From positions 186,001 through 250,000 of IMG/VR virus record IMGVR_UViG_3300042562_001598: a stretch of DNA of 64,000 nt; one strand, written 5' to 3'. Below the pieces are notes generated by a model. That model made no database searches, was not told the origin of the DNA, and saw nothing but the letters and a program-made list of their open reading frames with translations. The translations under genes were made by a program, and so were the position numbers. Below are positions 1 to 9,392 of this stretch, piece after piece. Each line of letters begins with the position of its first letter. Position 1 is the first letter of the stretch.

Positions 1-188
1 ATTTTATATTCTTTGATAACCCATTTTTGACCTATTAATGTGGGTGCTGAAGTAGTCCCTCCACCACCTGGGGGTGGATTAACAATTGGGTTATTCCCAT
101 TACCATTAACATTATTATTATCGGTGGGAATTTCTTGAATATAACAAGAAGAAAGTAATAAAGTAGTTAAGATGATTAATTTTTTCAT
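1..188 (-). CDS. Lipoprotein, N-terminal part (runs off window)
   Basis: Manual translation MKKLIILTTLLLSSC-YIQEIPTDNNN...; lipobox LSSC; not in ORF track because truncated. Confidence 0.7.
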   Translation of the reverse strand, partial: MKKLIILTTLLLSSCYIQEIPTDNNNVNGNGNNPIVNPPPGGGGTTSAPTLIGQKWVIKEYK

Positions 189-242
189 ATCGTCTTTTTT
201 TACAAAGATAATCATATTTATATTATAAAAGAAACAATTTTT

Positions 243-1481
243 ATGAAATTAGTTGAAAATATTAAAATATCAAAAGAATTACAATATCATATTGATAATA
301 ACCTACCATTAAACGAGAATGTATTCAGACCAAACTCTGAAAAATATTTCCAATTGTTTAATGAAGTTAGAGAATTATTTAACGATGATAAAATTAGATT
401 GACCGAGGATGATATATTTTTGGTTGAAAGTGATTTGGGTAAAAAAGTAAAACTATCCAATGGTCAGACCGTATGGCTGGATGCCCCAATTGAGGAAGAA
501 TTAATTTCGGAAACAATAAAATTGGATATTAAAGTTGGCGATACTTTAATGGGTGGAAAATTTAAGAATAAAAAAGTTGTTGTAAAAACAATTGATAAAA
601 ATGAAAAGGGGGATATTACAATCAACGGAAAACCATTATTGAGGTTTAGAATGATTAATGAAGTTAGAGTTCCAAGGGACGAAAGAGTTGAATTATATAG
701 AGACGATAATATCCTTGTTATTGTTCCATTAACTCATAGAGCTTTAAGAAAATATGCAAACTCCTGTCAGTGGTGTATTAATTCAGATGTTTCAGAATGG
801 GAAGATTATCATAAAGGATTACACACAATTATCCTTCAAAGAAACCCTAAAGAAGTAAAAACCGGAATAACAGGAAATCCAACCGCTAGTGAAATATTAA
901 TGGGTCAAAGATGGGGTGAAGGTTATACTTTTGATGATATTCAAGATATTTTAGGATATGAATTTGAGAACGAACAACAAGCGGAAGAATATTTAATATC
1001 ACTAACTAAAGATATTGATAATTTCGCAACTAATGCTGTTTATTATTCACCTGGTTATGGAATTTATGATATGGAAGATAATCATATGGGTGATTATCAT
1101 TATGAAATTACCGATATACCAAATGTAACACCTGAAATTGTTAAACTAATTGATGAATACCTTGTTAATGAAGAAGTATTATCTGAAGCCGAATATAAAG
1201 GTAAAAATGTGGAACTAAACAAACCTACTAGAAGTTCTGGACCTAAAAAATATCAGGTATATGTTAAAAACCCATCAACCGGAAATATTAAAAAAGTAAG
1301 TTTTGGTGATGCAAAGGGGGGATTAACCGCTAAAGTATCAAACCCTAAAGCAAGAAAAGCATTTGCTGCTCGTCATAATTGTAAAGATAAAAAAGATAAA
1401 ACTAAAGCCGGATACTGGGCTTGTAGAGCAAATAGGTTCGCTAATCTGTGGGGTGGTAAAACTTATCCAGGGTTTTGGTAA
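243..1481 (+). CDS. Multi-module phage protein, probably virion-associated
   Basis: 412 aa; TATTTATA upstream; C-terminal basic module EAEYKGKNVELNKP...ARHNC...AGYWACR typical of T4-like phages; modules separated by [IL]xE sites. Confidence 0.6.
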   Translation: MKLVENIKISKELQYHIDNNLPLNENVFRPNSEKYFQLFNEVRELFNDDKIRLTEDDIFLVESDLGKKVKLSNGQTVWLDAPIEEELISETIKLDIKVGDTLMGGKFKNKKVVVKTIDKNEKGDITINGKPLLRFRMINEVRVPRDERVELYRDDNILVIVPLTHRALRKYANSCQWCINSDVSEWEDYHKGLHTIILQRNPKEVKTGITGNPTASEILMGQRWGEGYTFDDIQDILGYEFENEQQAEEYLISLTKDIDNFATNAVYYSPGYGIYDMEDNHMGDYHYEITDIPNVTPEIVKLIDEYLVNEEVLSEAEYKGKNVELNKPTRSSGPKKYQVYVKNPSTGNIKKVSFGDAKGGLTAKVSNPKARKAFAARHNCKDKKDKTKAGYWACRANRFANLWGGKTYPGFW

Positions 1482-1493
1482 AATAAATAAGAT

Positions 1494-1832
1494 ATGAAAA
1501 TTATAATTACAGAAAATAGGGTATTAAGTGTTGCGAAAAAAGAGCTAACTAAACACTTTGGTGATTTGACACCTGTTGAGGATAAAAGAAACCCTAATGT
1601 TGTTTTTTATACTGATAAAAACCGAAAAATTTATATTCAGTATATTGCACACTTCAAGAAAGCCGGTGTTAATGAAATTTATTCATTTTTAGAAGACATA
1701 TTTGGTTTTGATGAAGACCAAATAAATGAAATTATGACGGAATGGTTTCAAGAACAATATGGTTTAGATGTAAAAAGAACCATTCAGGCCAGTCGTGAAT
1801 TTTGGGGTTGGGATGGTATAACAAATAATTAA
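1494..1832 (+). CDS. Hypothetical protein with MKIIITE leader
   Basis: ORF track; N-terminus resembles the shared leader family. Confidence 0.6.
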   Translation: MKIIITENRVLSVAKKELTKHFGDLTPVEDKRNPNVVFYTDKNRKIYIQYIAHFKKAGVNEIYSFLEDIFGFDEDQINEIMTEWFQEQYGLDVKRTIQASREFWGWDGITNN

Positions 1833-1835
1833 GAT

Positions 1836-2108
1836 ATGGAAAATAATAAAAAAAACTTACCATTTACTGAAGTAAATGATGGAAATAAGAAAATAAGAAC
1901 CTTTTCAGCTAATGTTGAAGAAGGTGAGTTGCAATGGCATAGAGACCGGGAAGATAGATTAGTTGAAACTACTCATGAAACCAATTGGAAAATCCAATTT
2001 GATAATGAATTACCTAGAGACCTAAAAAGAGTAATAATCCCTGAAGGTGTTTATCATAGACTTATTAAAGGAACTGATGATTTAACAATATCAATTATCT
2101 ATATATAA
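1836..2108 (+). CDS. Small cupin-like protein
   Basis: WHRDREDR and IPEGVYHRLIKG cupin-type motifs. Confidence 0.55.
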   Translation: MENNKKNLPFTEVNDGNKKIRTFSANVEEGELQWHRDREDRLVETTHETNWKIQFDNELPRDLKRVIIPEGVYHRLIKGTDDLTISIIYI

Positions 2109-2111
2109 ACA

Positions 2112-2741
2112 TTACCCTTTGAACCTTCGGAGTAATTTAGATATTAATTCTCTAACCATTACACTTGATACCGTTAATAAACCAAACGAAGCCAATCTTA
2201 AAGCGACTTGTTTAATATCGTTATTATCGTAATTACCACTTTGAGCCATTTGATATAACATAGGAATTAATGGAATGATGAAGGTATAACTCATCATATT
2301 AGAGACTTTATGTAAAGTTAGATTTAAACTATCCATAAACTTTAAGAAAGTATCTTTTAATTCATCCCCCTTTTTAATTAAAGATTTGAAAGTATCATAA
2401 AGACCATTTTCTTTTATTTTACTAACAATTTTATTTAAAGCAGTCTTATTATCAAGATAATATGTTGCGATAATACCAGTTAATAACAAACTAATTTCAA
2501 CATCAGATAACGATGGGTCAATATGATTTAAGAAATCGTTAAGAGGACCAACCATACCACCAATACTCGCACCCCAAGTTATAGTAAATTTCAAGTCAAA
2601 CCCAATTTGGTCTGCCGATTTATTTAGAATGGTTTTAACAAATTCGTAGTTTTTTTTGATTGTATCACCAAAATCTCTATTAATAGATTCTAGTAAAATC
2701 ACCTTTTTTTGGTGTTCCGTGATTAATAAATTAACTTTCAT
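2112..2741 (-). CDS. Hypothetical membrane-associated protein
   Basis: Start moved to MKVNLLITE (2741); hydrophobic segments. Confidence 0.6.
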   Translation of the reverse strand: MKVNLLITEHQKKVILLESINRDFGDTIKKNYEFVKTILNKSADQIGFDLKFTITWGASIGGMVGPLNDFLNHIDPSLSDVEISLLLTGIIATYYLDNKTALNKIVSKIKENGLYDTFKSLIKKGDELKDTFLKFMDSLNLTLHKVSNMMSYTFIIPLIPMLYQMAQSGNYDNNDIKQVALRLASFGLLTVSSVMVRELISKLLRRFKG

Positions 2742-2791
2742 ATTTATAAATATTAACAATTTATGATATTTATAAATAAAAAGAAAAAAAA

Positions 2792-3031
2792 ATGATAAAT
2801 CCAAAACTAAAAATAGGCGACAGAGTTGTTTTGCTGGATATGGAAAACGAAGAGAATGTTACCCCTGGAACTTGGGGTACGGTAACAAGAATATCTCATG
2901 TATTCGGAACAACAGATTATGGTGTAAAATGGGATGATGGTGGTTCCTTAAACTTATTATCAGATGTTGATAAGTGGGATACCAATGAAAATAGAGTTAA
3001 TAACGGAAGAAAACCAATCAAGGGGGAATAA
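2792..3031 (+). CDS. Small SH3-like protein (DUF4314-like)
   Basis: KIGDRVVLLDM...PGTWGTV...VKWDDGGSLNLL pattern. Confidence 0.5.
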   Translation: MINPKLKIGDRVVLLDMENEENVTPGTWGTVTRISHVFGTTDYGVKWDDGGSLNLLSDVDKWDTNENRVNNGRKPIKGE

Positions 3032-3068
3032 TAACAATAACGCATATATTTATAACAAAACAAATATT

Positions 3069-3608
3069 ATGAACGCATATTTTTTTAACATGACAAATGA
3101 GGAAAGAGAAAACATCCTTGACCAACATAAAGAGATTTATGACGGATATGTAACAAATTACGCTCAACCTAAAGAGCAACCATTATATACTCAAGATTTC
3201 GCTAACGATAAAAATGGTATAACCATTAATAATAAAGGTGAAGTATCTGAATATAAACATATGAACATTAATGAAATGAGATATGATGGAAAAACTACCG
3301 GATTATTTGATGAGAATAATGCTCAAGTTGGTGCGGAACTTTTACCTGAACCTACATTTGAGGGTGAGTATAACGAATTAGATGAAGTTTTAGATTATAT
3401 TGGTGATGGTAAAGATGATTTAACTCACGGAACTATTGAAAATTCTGAAGATAATGACCTTGAAATTATAGAATTAGACCCTTCAGTTTTTGACGAAATG
3501 GATATTGAAGACTTCCAAGATGAGGTTGACGAGGATATCATTGACTCATTAAAAGAAAGTGTAAACGAATCATTAAGTATGTTCAAAAGATTTACAAAAT
3601 ATAATTAG
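3069..3608 (+). CDS. Acidic protein with EExxxILxxH leader
   Basis: Start moved to MNAYFFNMTNEERENILDQH after TATTTATA. Confidence 0.65.
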   Translation: MNAYFFNMTNEERENILDQHKEIYDGYVTNYAQPKEQPLYTQDFANDKNGITINNKGEVSEYKHMNINEMRYDGKTTGLFDENNAQVGAELLPEPTFEGEYNELDEVLDYIGDGKDDLTHGTIENSEDNDLEIIELDPSVFDEMDIEDFQDEVDEDIIDSLKESVNESLSMFKRFTKYN

Positions 3609-3614
3609 AATTTT

Positions 3615-3926
3615 ATGAGCACCGAAATTAATGAATTAGTCTCCTATTTTATCAACGAAGAAAATCAAACTTTAGAAGTTACTTTTAGATTTGATTCAGA
3701 TAACGAAGATGAAATAAGAACCGACCAAATTGATTTATCAGAATCAACAACATTTGGTTATAATTTAATACCAAATAATACAGATTTTTACAACGATAGA
3801 TATGATGATGAGGATGATGAATTTGAGGAATATTATGAAGTTGTTGATGAAGATGAAGTAATATCCTTCCTCAACGAATATTACCTAATATACCCAACCA
3901 AATTACCAAAATCAGAATTATTTTAA
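3615..3926 (+). CDS. Acidic hypothetical protein
   Basis: ORF track; followed by a terminator hairpin. Confidence 0.65.
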   Translation: MSTEINELVSYFINEENQTLEVTFRFDSDNEDEIRTDQIDLSESTTFGYNLIPNNTDFYNDRYDDEDDEFEEYYEVVDEDEVISFLNEYYLIYPTKLPKSELF

Positions 3927-3959
3927 TATAAAAAACCCCTCTTTAACAGAAGGGTTTTT

Positions 3960-4457
3960 TTATGGACCAACTCTAGTTAGATGGATTGTTATTAATTGAT
4001 TTGAACCAATATTACCATAAGGCCATAATCCAGTGTTTCTTAACACCAAACTCTCATGACCATCCTCAATCACTTTAAAGATTCTAACACCACCATTCAT
4101 CTCAATTTTAACATAACCCAAATCATAAACAGAATAATGATTAATGATGAAATACGGATATTGTTTTTCCCATACAACACGACCACCATTAATCATTGTA
4201 GGATTGAAATATACAAACATATAATCAAAACTCCATCTAGTGAAACCAACCTTTATTTGGTCTAATGGGAATGAATCATCCGTATTTGTATAAACATCAC
4301 CCGGGTAATAAACAAGACTGGTCTGTTGAGCGTTTTCCGTATTGGTCTTCGTTATCCTATCTATAATATATTCACCACTTAAACTAAGTGATGAGGGTTG
4401 TTGATATATTTCACAAGAAGATAGAAATAAACTCAAAATTATTATTATTCTTTTCAT
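3960..4457 (-). CDS. Lipoprotein (possibly lipocalin-like)
   Basis: Start MKRIIIILSLFLSSC with lipobox; TAnnTTTG-type promoter upstream on the minus strand. Confidence 0.65.
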   Translation of the reverse strand: MKRIIIILSLFLSSCEIYQQPSSLSLSGEYIIDRITKTNTENAQQTSLVYYPGDVYTNTDDSFPLDQIKVGFTRWSFDYMFVYFNPTMINGGRVVWEKQYPYFIINHYSVYDLGYVKIEMNGGVRIFKVIEDGHESLVLRNTGLWPYGNIGSNQLITIHLTRVGP

Positions 4458-4519
4458 TTTTACACTATTTATATTTACAAAGATATGAATTATTTTCATA
4501 TATCAAAATAATTATTATT

Positions 4520-4765
4520 ATGGGAACAGATATTGACTACATAATCTCTTTAATGAAAGAATTTACACCCAAAGCAACTACTGATGAATTGGGTGAACAA
4601 GAAGACACTACAACTACAAGTGATACTGGTGGCGAAAAACCAGATTACCCTACAATAACTAAATGGGAAACTGGTGTGGTTAGAGGACCCGCAAATCAAA
4701 TAGGAAATACTAAATGGTCTGATAGTGTTAAACCAGTCAGAGGTAAAGGTAATACTTTATTATAG
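4520..4765 (+). CDS. Hypothetical protein
   Basis: Start moved to MGTDID; internal repeat KW...RG. Confidence 0.55.
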   Translation: MGTDIDYIISLMKEFTPKATTDELGEQEDTTTTSDTGGEKPDYPTITKWETGVVRGPANQIGNTKWSDSVKPVRGKGNTLL

Positions 4766-4789
4766 GATAAAGATATTTATAATTATAAA

Positions 4790-5764
4790 ATGAAAAATAA
4801 TATGGAAAAATACGATTTAAACGAGGGAAATGAAGCTCTAAATAGAGTCCTTCTTATGATGAAATACGATAGTAAAAAAACATTAACTGAAAATAAAGTA
4901 ATTGTTAATGAACAAAGTCCATCAACAACCAAAACAGCCGAAAGTTACGCTAAATCTGAAGACGCTAAATTAGACGAAACTTTATCATCACCAAATCCAC
5001 CTAAAGGATGGTTGGAAATTAGTTATGATGAAATACAACGTTTAGTTTCAAATAATGAAGGTTTAGCGGATAATTTAGATGCTTCTTTATTAGGTAAAGG
5101 GTCAATTTTTGGTGGTTCTATGTCAATTGACGATATGTCTCAAGTGACTAAAACATTGAGAAGTGCTAAAAATACATTTTTTAGAACTCAAAAAATGGGA
5201 AGTGATGAATGGGTTTGTTATCCAATGATTGAAGGATTAAGAGCGCAATATGGTATAGAAGAAAGTGGTGAATCATTATATGGTGAGATAAGTGACCCTA
5301 GAGGTTCTAATTCAGCCGAAGTACAGAATTGGTCAACAAATACAATAAGGTTATTAGTGTCTTTATATAAACAATGGTTAACTGACATAAAACTAAAAAC
5401 ACCAACACCAACACCAACACCGACACCAAGTCCAACACCAAGTCCAACACCAAGTCCAACACCATTACCAAAAAAAAGTAAATATCGTGTTTGTGTAGGA
5501 ACTTACACGAAAGGTTGTAAATCACCAATTATTGCAAAGGTTCAAGGTTGTTTAGGTTTAGTCCCTGATGGTAAATTTGGACGTAATACAGATGCCGCTT
5601 TAAAAGCTAAAGGATTTGATATTGGTTTTACCGATAATGATGTTAAAAGAATTTGTAATACAAATGTTATTCCACCGAAGGAAGTACAACCACCAATAAA
5701 ACTATCTGATGAAGATACATTAGCGGATAATCAAGGTGACGCATCAGCAGAAAATGGTCTTTAA
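4790..5764 (+). CDS. Virion-type protein with Pro/Thr linker and peptidoglycan-binding-like domain
   Basis: TPTPTPSPTPSP linker; VQGCLGLVPDGKFGRNT resembles PG_binding_1. Confidence 0.6.
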   Translation: MKNNMEKYDLNEGNEALNRVLLMMKYDSKKTLTENKVIVNEQSPSTTKTAESYAKSEDAKLDETLSSPNPPKGWLEISYDEIQRLVSNNEGLADNLDASLLGKGSIFGGSMSIDDMSQVTKTLRSAKNTFFRTQKMGSDEWVCYPMIEGLRAQYGIEESGESLYGEISDPRGSNSAEVQNWSTNTIRLLVSLYKQWLTDIKLKTPTPTPTPTPSPTPSPTPSPTPLPKKSKYRVCVGTYTKGCKSPIIAKVQGCLGLVPDGKFGRNTDAALKAKGFDIGFTDNDVKRICNTNVIPPKEVQPPIKLSDEDTLADNQGDASAENGL

Positions 5765-5782
5765 CATTAAAAAAAATATAAT

Positions 5783-7414
5783 ATGAAAAATAAAATAATT
5801 TTAGAACAAGAACCTACAGGTAAACCACCTGTAACAACTACAACCATAGATTTAGGACAAGCATATAAATCAGGTTGTTTCACAATTTATAAATGGTTTA
5901 CTATTGACCCAGCGCCACAACCTAAAAAAACAAAAACAGGTCAATCTGTAATCTCTGGTAAAAACAATAAAGGTGAACAAATATTTTTTTACGAAAATGG
6001 TACCGTTAAAAATGTTATAACACAAAAACAATTAAATTGGTCTTGTAGTAATGTATCAACTGAATCTAATAGTATTTTATCAAATTTTGGTATTACTAAA
6101 AATGATAAAGAAAAAGTAAAACAATTTACACCAATATTACAAGGGTATATTAATAAAGGTGCGGTATCTGATGTATTTACACCATGGAATAATATGTTAT
6201 CTGTTAATTTTCCTGATGTTACAAAATTAACCCAATCAGGTGACATACCATTTAATTTACCACTTAATTTAGCGGATTTAGAAAGTAAATACAAACCAAT
6301 TCCTGGGTTAGATAAAACATATAACTGGAATAATGTTAAAATTTATTTACCTTACAAGGAAACGGAAAATTTAACAACACCAGGAAAAGTTAATTTAACT
6401 GTTGCTGATTGTCAGACAAAATTAAAAGAATATTTTATTTCCGCAATTCAAACTAATGCGGGTATTACTCAAGCTATGGATTCAACACAAAGTCTTAAAT
6501 ATCAAAATGATATTAGAAGATGTTGGGCGAATAACGCTTATAAGGATTTTAAAGGTATTACAAAAGATGATATCTCAAATTTAACTAGTCAATTAACACC
6601 TTTTGGATTCTTCGAAAGAAACCTTAGTTATAATAATATTAAAAAAATATTTAAAGGAGGAACAAAATATCTAACACCAAGAAACGCGTTTCCTTATATT
6701 TTTGATATTGAAGAAAGAATAAAAAAAGAATCAACAATAGATAATTTAGACTCATTAATTAAAGAAAATTTAATAATGTCTTTAAACGAAAAAAAGAAAA
6801 ATGTTTTAACTGAAAATACAATCCTTAAAAATAGAACCGAAATATTGTTAGAAGGTGGTATGCCAACAACAAAAGAAGGTCAAGAAAAATTAATTGACGA
6901 AATTATTAACGAAGCAATTTCATTAAACTCACAAGGTTATACTCAAGAATTAATTAATGAGAATTTTTGGGATGCAATTAAAGGTTTATTTGGAAGTCAT
7001 ATAGGTGGTGGTGTAGTTGAAATGTTTAAGGAGAAATTTATGAGATACCTTATCGGTAAATTGACCCCAATTGACCCTGATGGATGGGGTGCTGGAATAG
7101 TTGAGAAAGCTTTCGGTAATATCCCAGTATCAGATTATTTTAATGGTAAAATATTAGAATGTGATTATTTAACACATGTTATCGCAAAATCATTAGTTGA
7201 AGAAGTTGTCGCTAAAGCAGGTCAAAAAATGGGTGCTGAAAACGCAATATTTGATGTGTTAAGAAACTCTATAGTTAACCAACTTGATGATACAGATTTT
7301 GCTAAAAATATAGAACACGGTTTATCAAAAATAGTATGTCCAGCTATTCAAGGTATCTCAGGCAAAATGTCAACAGCCGTAGATAAAATGAAGGACAAAG
7401 CTTTGGCAGCTTAA
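5783..7414 (+). CDS. Large hypothetical protein, probably head-packaged
   Basis: 543 aa; MKNKIILEQ start; several [IL]xE sites. Confidence 0.6.
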   Translation: MKNKIILEQEPTGKPPVTTTTIDLGQAYKSGCFTIYKWFTIDPAPQPKKTKTGQSVISGKNNKGEQIFFYENGTVKNVITQKQLNWSCSNVSTESNSILSNFGITKNDKEKVKQFTPILQGYINKGAVSDVFTPWNNMLSVNFPDVTKLTQSGDIPFNLPLNLADLESKYKPIPGLDKTYNWNNVKIYLPYKETENLTTPGKVNLTVADCQTKLKEYFISAIQTNAGITQAMDSTQSLKYQNDIRRCWANNAYKDFKGITKDDISNLTSQLTPFGFFERNLSYNNIKKIFKGGTKYLTPRNAFPYIFDIEERIKKESTIDNLDSLIKENLIMSLNEKKKNVLTENTILKNRTEILLEGGMPTTKEGQEKLIDEIINEAISLNSQGYTQELINENFWDAIKGLFGSHIGGGVVEMFKEKFMRYLIGKLTPIDPDGWGAGIVEKAFGNIPVSDYFNGKILECDYLTHVIAKSLVEEVVAKAGQKMGAENAIFDVLRNSIVNQLDDTDFAKNIEHGLSKIVCPAIQGISGKMSTAVDKMKDKALAA

Positions 7415-7582
7415 AAGTACCTTTGGAGTAGTGTCCAAATGGAATAAACCTATCTAAAAGAAAGGAGGGGAAGTTCCAAATCTTGCAAAAAGATGTCATT
7501 TGACATCTTTTTGTGGTTAATACATTTTGATATATCAATTTTAATTTTATATATTTGTCCTATAATCTTAAAACAAATAATT

Positions 7583-7837
7583 ATGCCAGACTTTACAGCA
7601 GACATTGATATCTCACCAAGTGATTATATCTACGAATGTTCCGATTACGAAATAAAAGAACTAATAACAGAACTTAAAGAAAGCGGTTACTTAAAGGGGG
7701 GTATTACAGATACCGACGATGATAATATTATTGACGACGAATGGACAGAAATGATTAATAAAATCTATAAAAATAGATTATTACTATCCAACGAAGATGA
7801 GGAAATCATTAGAAATATTTCCAAAAAATTAATTTAA
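7583..7837 (+). CDS. Hypothetical protein
   Basis: Start moved to MPDFTAD after a TATATTTG promoter. Confidence 0.6.
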   Translation: MPDFTADIDISPSDYIYECSDYEIKELITELKESGYLKGGITDTDDDNIIDDEWTEMINKIYKNRLLLSNEDEEIIRNISKKLI

Positions 7838-7912
7838 TTGAAAAATATTTGACTTTAAGTGAATTTTACTTAATATCGTAATACTTATTATAAACAAAGT
7901 AAAAAACACAAA

Positions 7913-8035
7913 ATGAAAAATATTAATAAACATATGAATTTAGTATCCTGGAATCAACAATTTAATAATTGTTCGTATCCGAGTGTGCAAAATATTGATT
8001 CAGATGATTCATTGAGTGATTTAACAACAATCTAA
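7913..8035 (+). CDS. Putative leader peptide 1 (40 aa)
   Basis: MKNINKHMNLVSWNQQFNNCSYPSVQNIDSDDSLSDLTTI; A-rich start context; immediately upstream of a terminator and the tRNA array. Confidence 0.5.
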   Translation: MKNINKHMNLVSWNQQFNNCSYPSVQNIDSDDSLSDLTTI

Positions 8036-8054
8036 AAGTTAAACATAAAATATC

Positions 8055-8091
8055 AAAAATTCTGAATCTAAAAAGTTCAGAATTTTTTTTT
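8055..8091 (+). terminator. Intrinsic terminator / candidate attenuator
   Basis: AAAAATTCTGAA-loop-TTCAGAATTTTT followed by T-run. Confidence 0.75.
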
Positions 8092-8099
8092 ATAATAAA

Positions 8100-8131
8100 T
8101 TTGACACAGAACAAAAAATAGTATATCTTTG
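8100..8131 (+). promoter_or_regulatory. Bacteroidota sigma-A promoter (TTTG ... TAnnTTTG)
   Basis: TTTG at 8100, TATCTTTG at 8124-8131; same -7 motif at e.g. 12964, 13387, 14834, 21319. Confidence 0.75.
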
Positions 8132-8182
8132 TAGAGAATTAAAAAAGGGTGTTCATTGACATAACGGTAAACAAATTATAAA

Positions 8183-8270
8183 GGAGAATTGGCAGAGCGG
8201 TCGAATGCGGCAGTCTTGAAAACTGTTGTACTGAAAGGTACCGGGGGTTCGAATCCCTCATTCTCCGCCA
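8183..8270 (+). tRNA. tRNA-Ser(UGA)
   Basis: Canonical class II cloverleaf, CTTGAAA loop, encoded CCA. Confidence 0.95.
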
Positions 8271-8276
8271 TAGTAT

Positions 8277-8348
8277 TGGATTATAGTGTATCGGTTCGCA
8301 CATAACTCTTTGAAAGTTATAGGTCAAGTTCGACTCTTGATAATCCAA
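8277..8348 (+). tRNA. tRNA-Gln(UUG)
   Basis: TGGATTA/TAATCCA acceptor; loop CTTTGAA; TTCGACT T-loop. Confidence 0.85.
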
Positions 8349-8358
8349 CAAAATAATA

Positions 8359-8430
8359 CGGGGTGTATTCTCGGAGTGAGAAACCTGCCTTGGACGCAGG
8401 AAGCGGAAAGTGCGACTCTTTTCACCCCGA
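8359..8430 (+). tRNA. tRNA-Pro(UGG)
   Basis: CGGGGTG/CACCCCG; loop CTTGGAC; T-loop TGCGACT. Confidence 0.85.
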
Positions 8431-8504
8431 CGGAGTGGACTGTTACTAATTCATAGACTTGGCCTCAAGTGCATAGAATTAGAATTTCAGTCTGACTGAT
8501 AATT

Positions 8505-8575
8505 ACCCCCAAGGCTTTAAAGTGAAGCACGATACTTTTAATATCGGGAAGAAGGAGCATTACCTTCTGGGGGTA
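8505..8575 (+). tRNA. tRNA-Lys(UUU)
   Basis: ACCCCCA/TGGGGGT; loop CTTTTAA; atypical T-loop AGCATTA. Confidence 0.8.
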
Positions 8576-8636
8576 CAAGTGTTTTGGTTTAGAGATTATT
8601 CCGGGTATTGGCTTTAATAATACGAAAACTCTAATT

Positions 8637-8717
8637 GGGTCGCAAAAGTCGTTCGGATACGGCAGCTTGACTGTAAATCAAGTCCTCACGGGAGTGGTTC
8701 GAGTCCACTGTTATCCA
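8637..8717 (+). tRNA. tRNA-Tyr(GUA), imperfect acceptor stem
   Basis: GCTTGA-CTGTAAA-TCAAGT arm and good T-arm; acceptor pairing weak. Confidence 0.6.
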
Positions 8718-8773
8718 CTTTAGTTTATAGGTCGTACTGTCCTTGGGTTCTATAAAAATCCTAAAAAAGGTAA

Positions 8774-8846
8774 GGGTCTTTGGTATAGCTGGTGCGTACG
8801 TTAGTCTGAAGAACTAAAGGAACAGGTTCGATTCCTGTAGGACCCA
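8774..8846 (+). tRNA. tRNA-Phe(GAA)
   Basis: GGGTCTT/AGGACCC; loop CTGAAGA; TTCGATT. Confidence 0.9.
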
Positions 8847-8995
8847 CAAACAAGGTGACGCTACAGTCGTAAGATTCCGGAATCGAGAAGACAAAGAGCC
8901 TAAGTGTAAAGATGAGCTCCTACAGCCTTGGACTACTATTAAGGAATGATACGAGCCTCCAAAGTTCGAAAGGAGTCAGGTAGTAGTCAAAAATT

Positions 8996-9067
8996 GGACT
9001 TGTAGCTCAGTAGGAGAGCATTCGCCTGTTAAGCGAAGGGTCGGGATGGCAGAATTCCCCAAGTCCG
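8996..9067 (+). tRNA. tRNA-Asn(GUU)
   Basis: GGACTTG/CAAGTCC; loop CTGTTAA; atypical T-loop. Confidence 0.8.
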
Positions 9068-9143
9068 CGGAGTCCTGATATAACAGGAAACCCCCACTCC
9101 CATATGGCAGCCGGTCCGTTAAGCCGGTGAAGTGGGGTAATAT

Positions 9144-9215
9144 GGTGTTTCTAGCTTAATTGGTAAAGTGCTACACTGTGAATGTAGAGAACAGGGTTCG
9201 AAACCCGGAAACACA
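9144..9215 (+). tRNA. tRNA-His(GUG)
   Basis: G-1 plus GTGTTTC/GAAACAC; loop CTGTGAA. Confidence 0.88.
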
Positions 9216-9284
9216 CAAAAGGAACAGAATAATACCTGGACAGTCTTCAAGGAGACAGGGTAAAGTTTGGACAGCTCCTTAATT

Positions 9285-9355
9285 ACACAATACAGGCAAG
9301 GTGTCGGTCAAGTCTCCAAAACTTAGGCGGGTAAGTTCGATTCTTACATTGTGTG
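9285..9355 (+). tRNA. tRNA-Trp(CCA)
   Basis: ACACAAT/ATTGTGT; loop CTCCAAA; TTCGATT. Confidence 0.8.
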
Positions 9356-9392
9356 CAAAAAAGAAATGTTTAATTATTAATTATTAATTATT

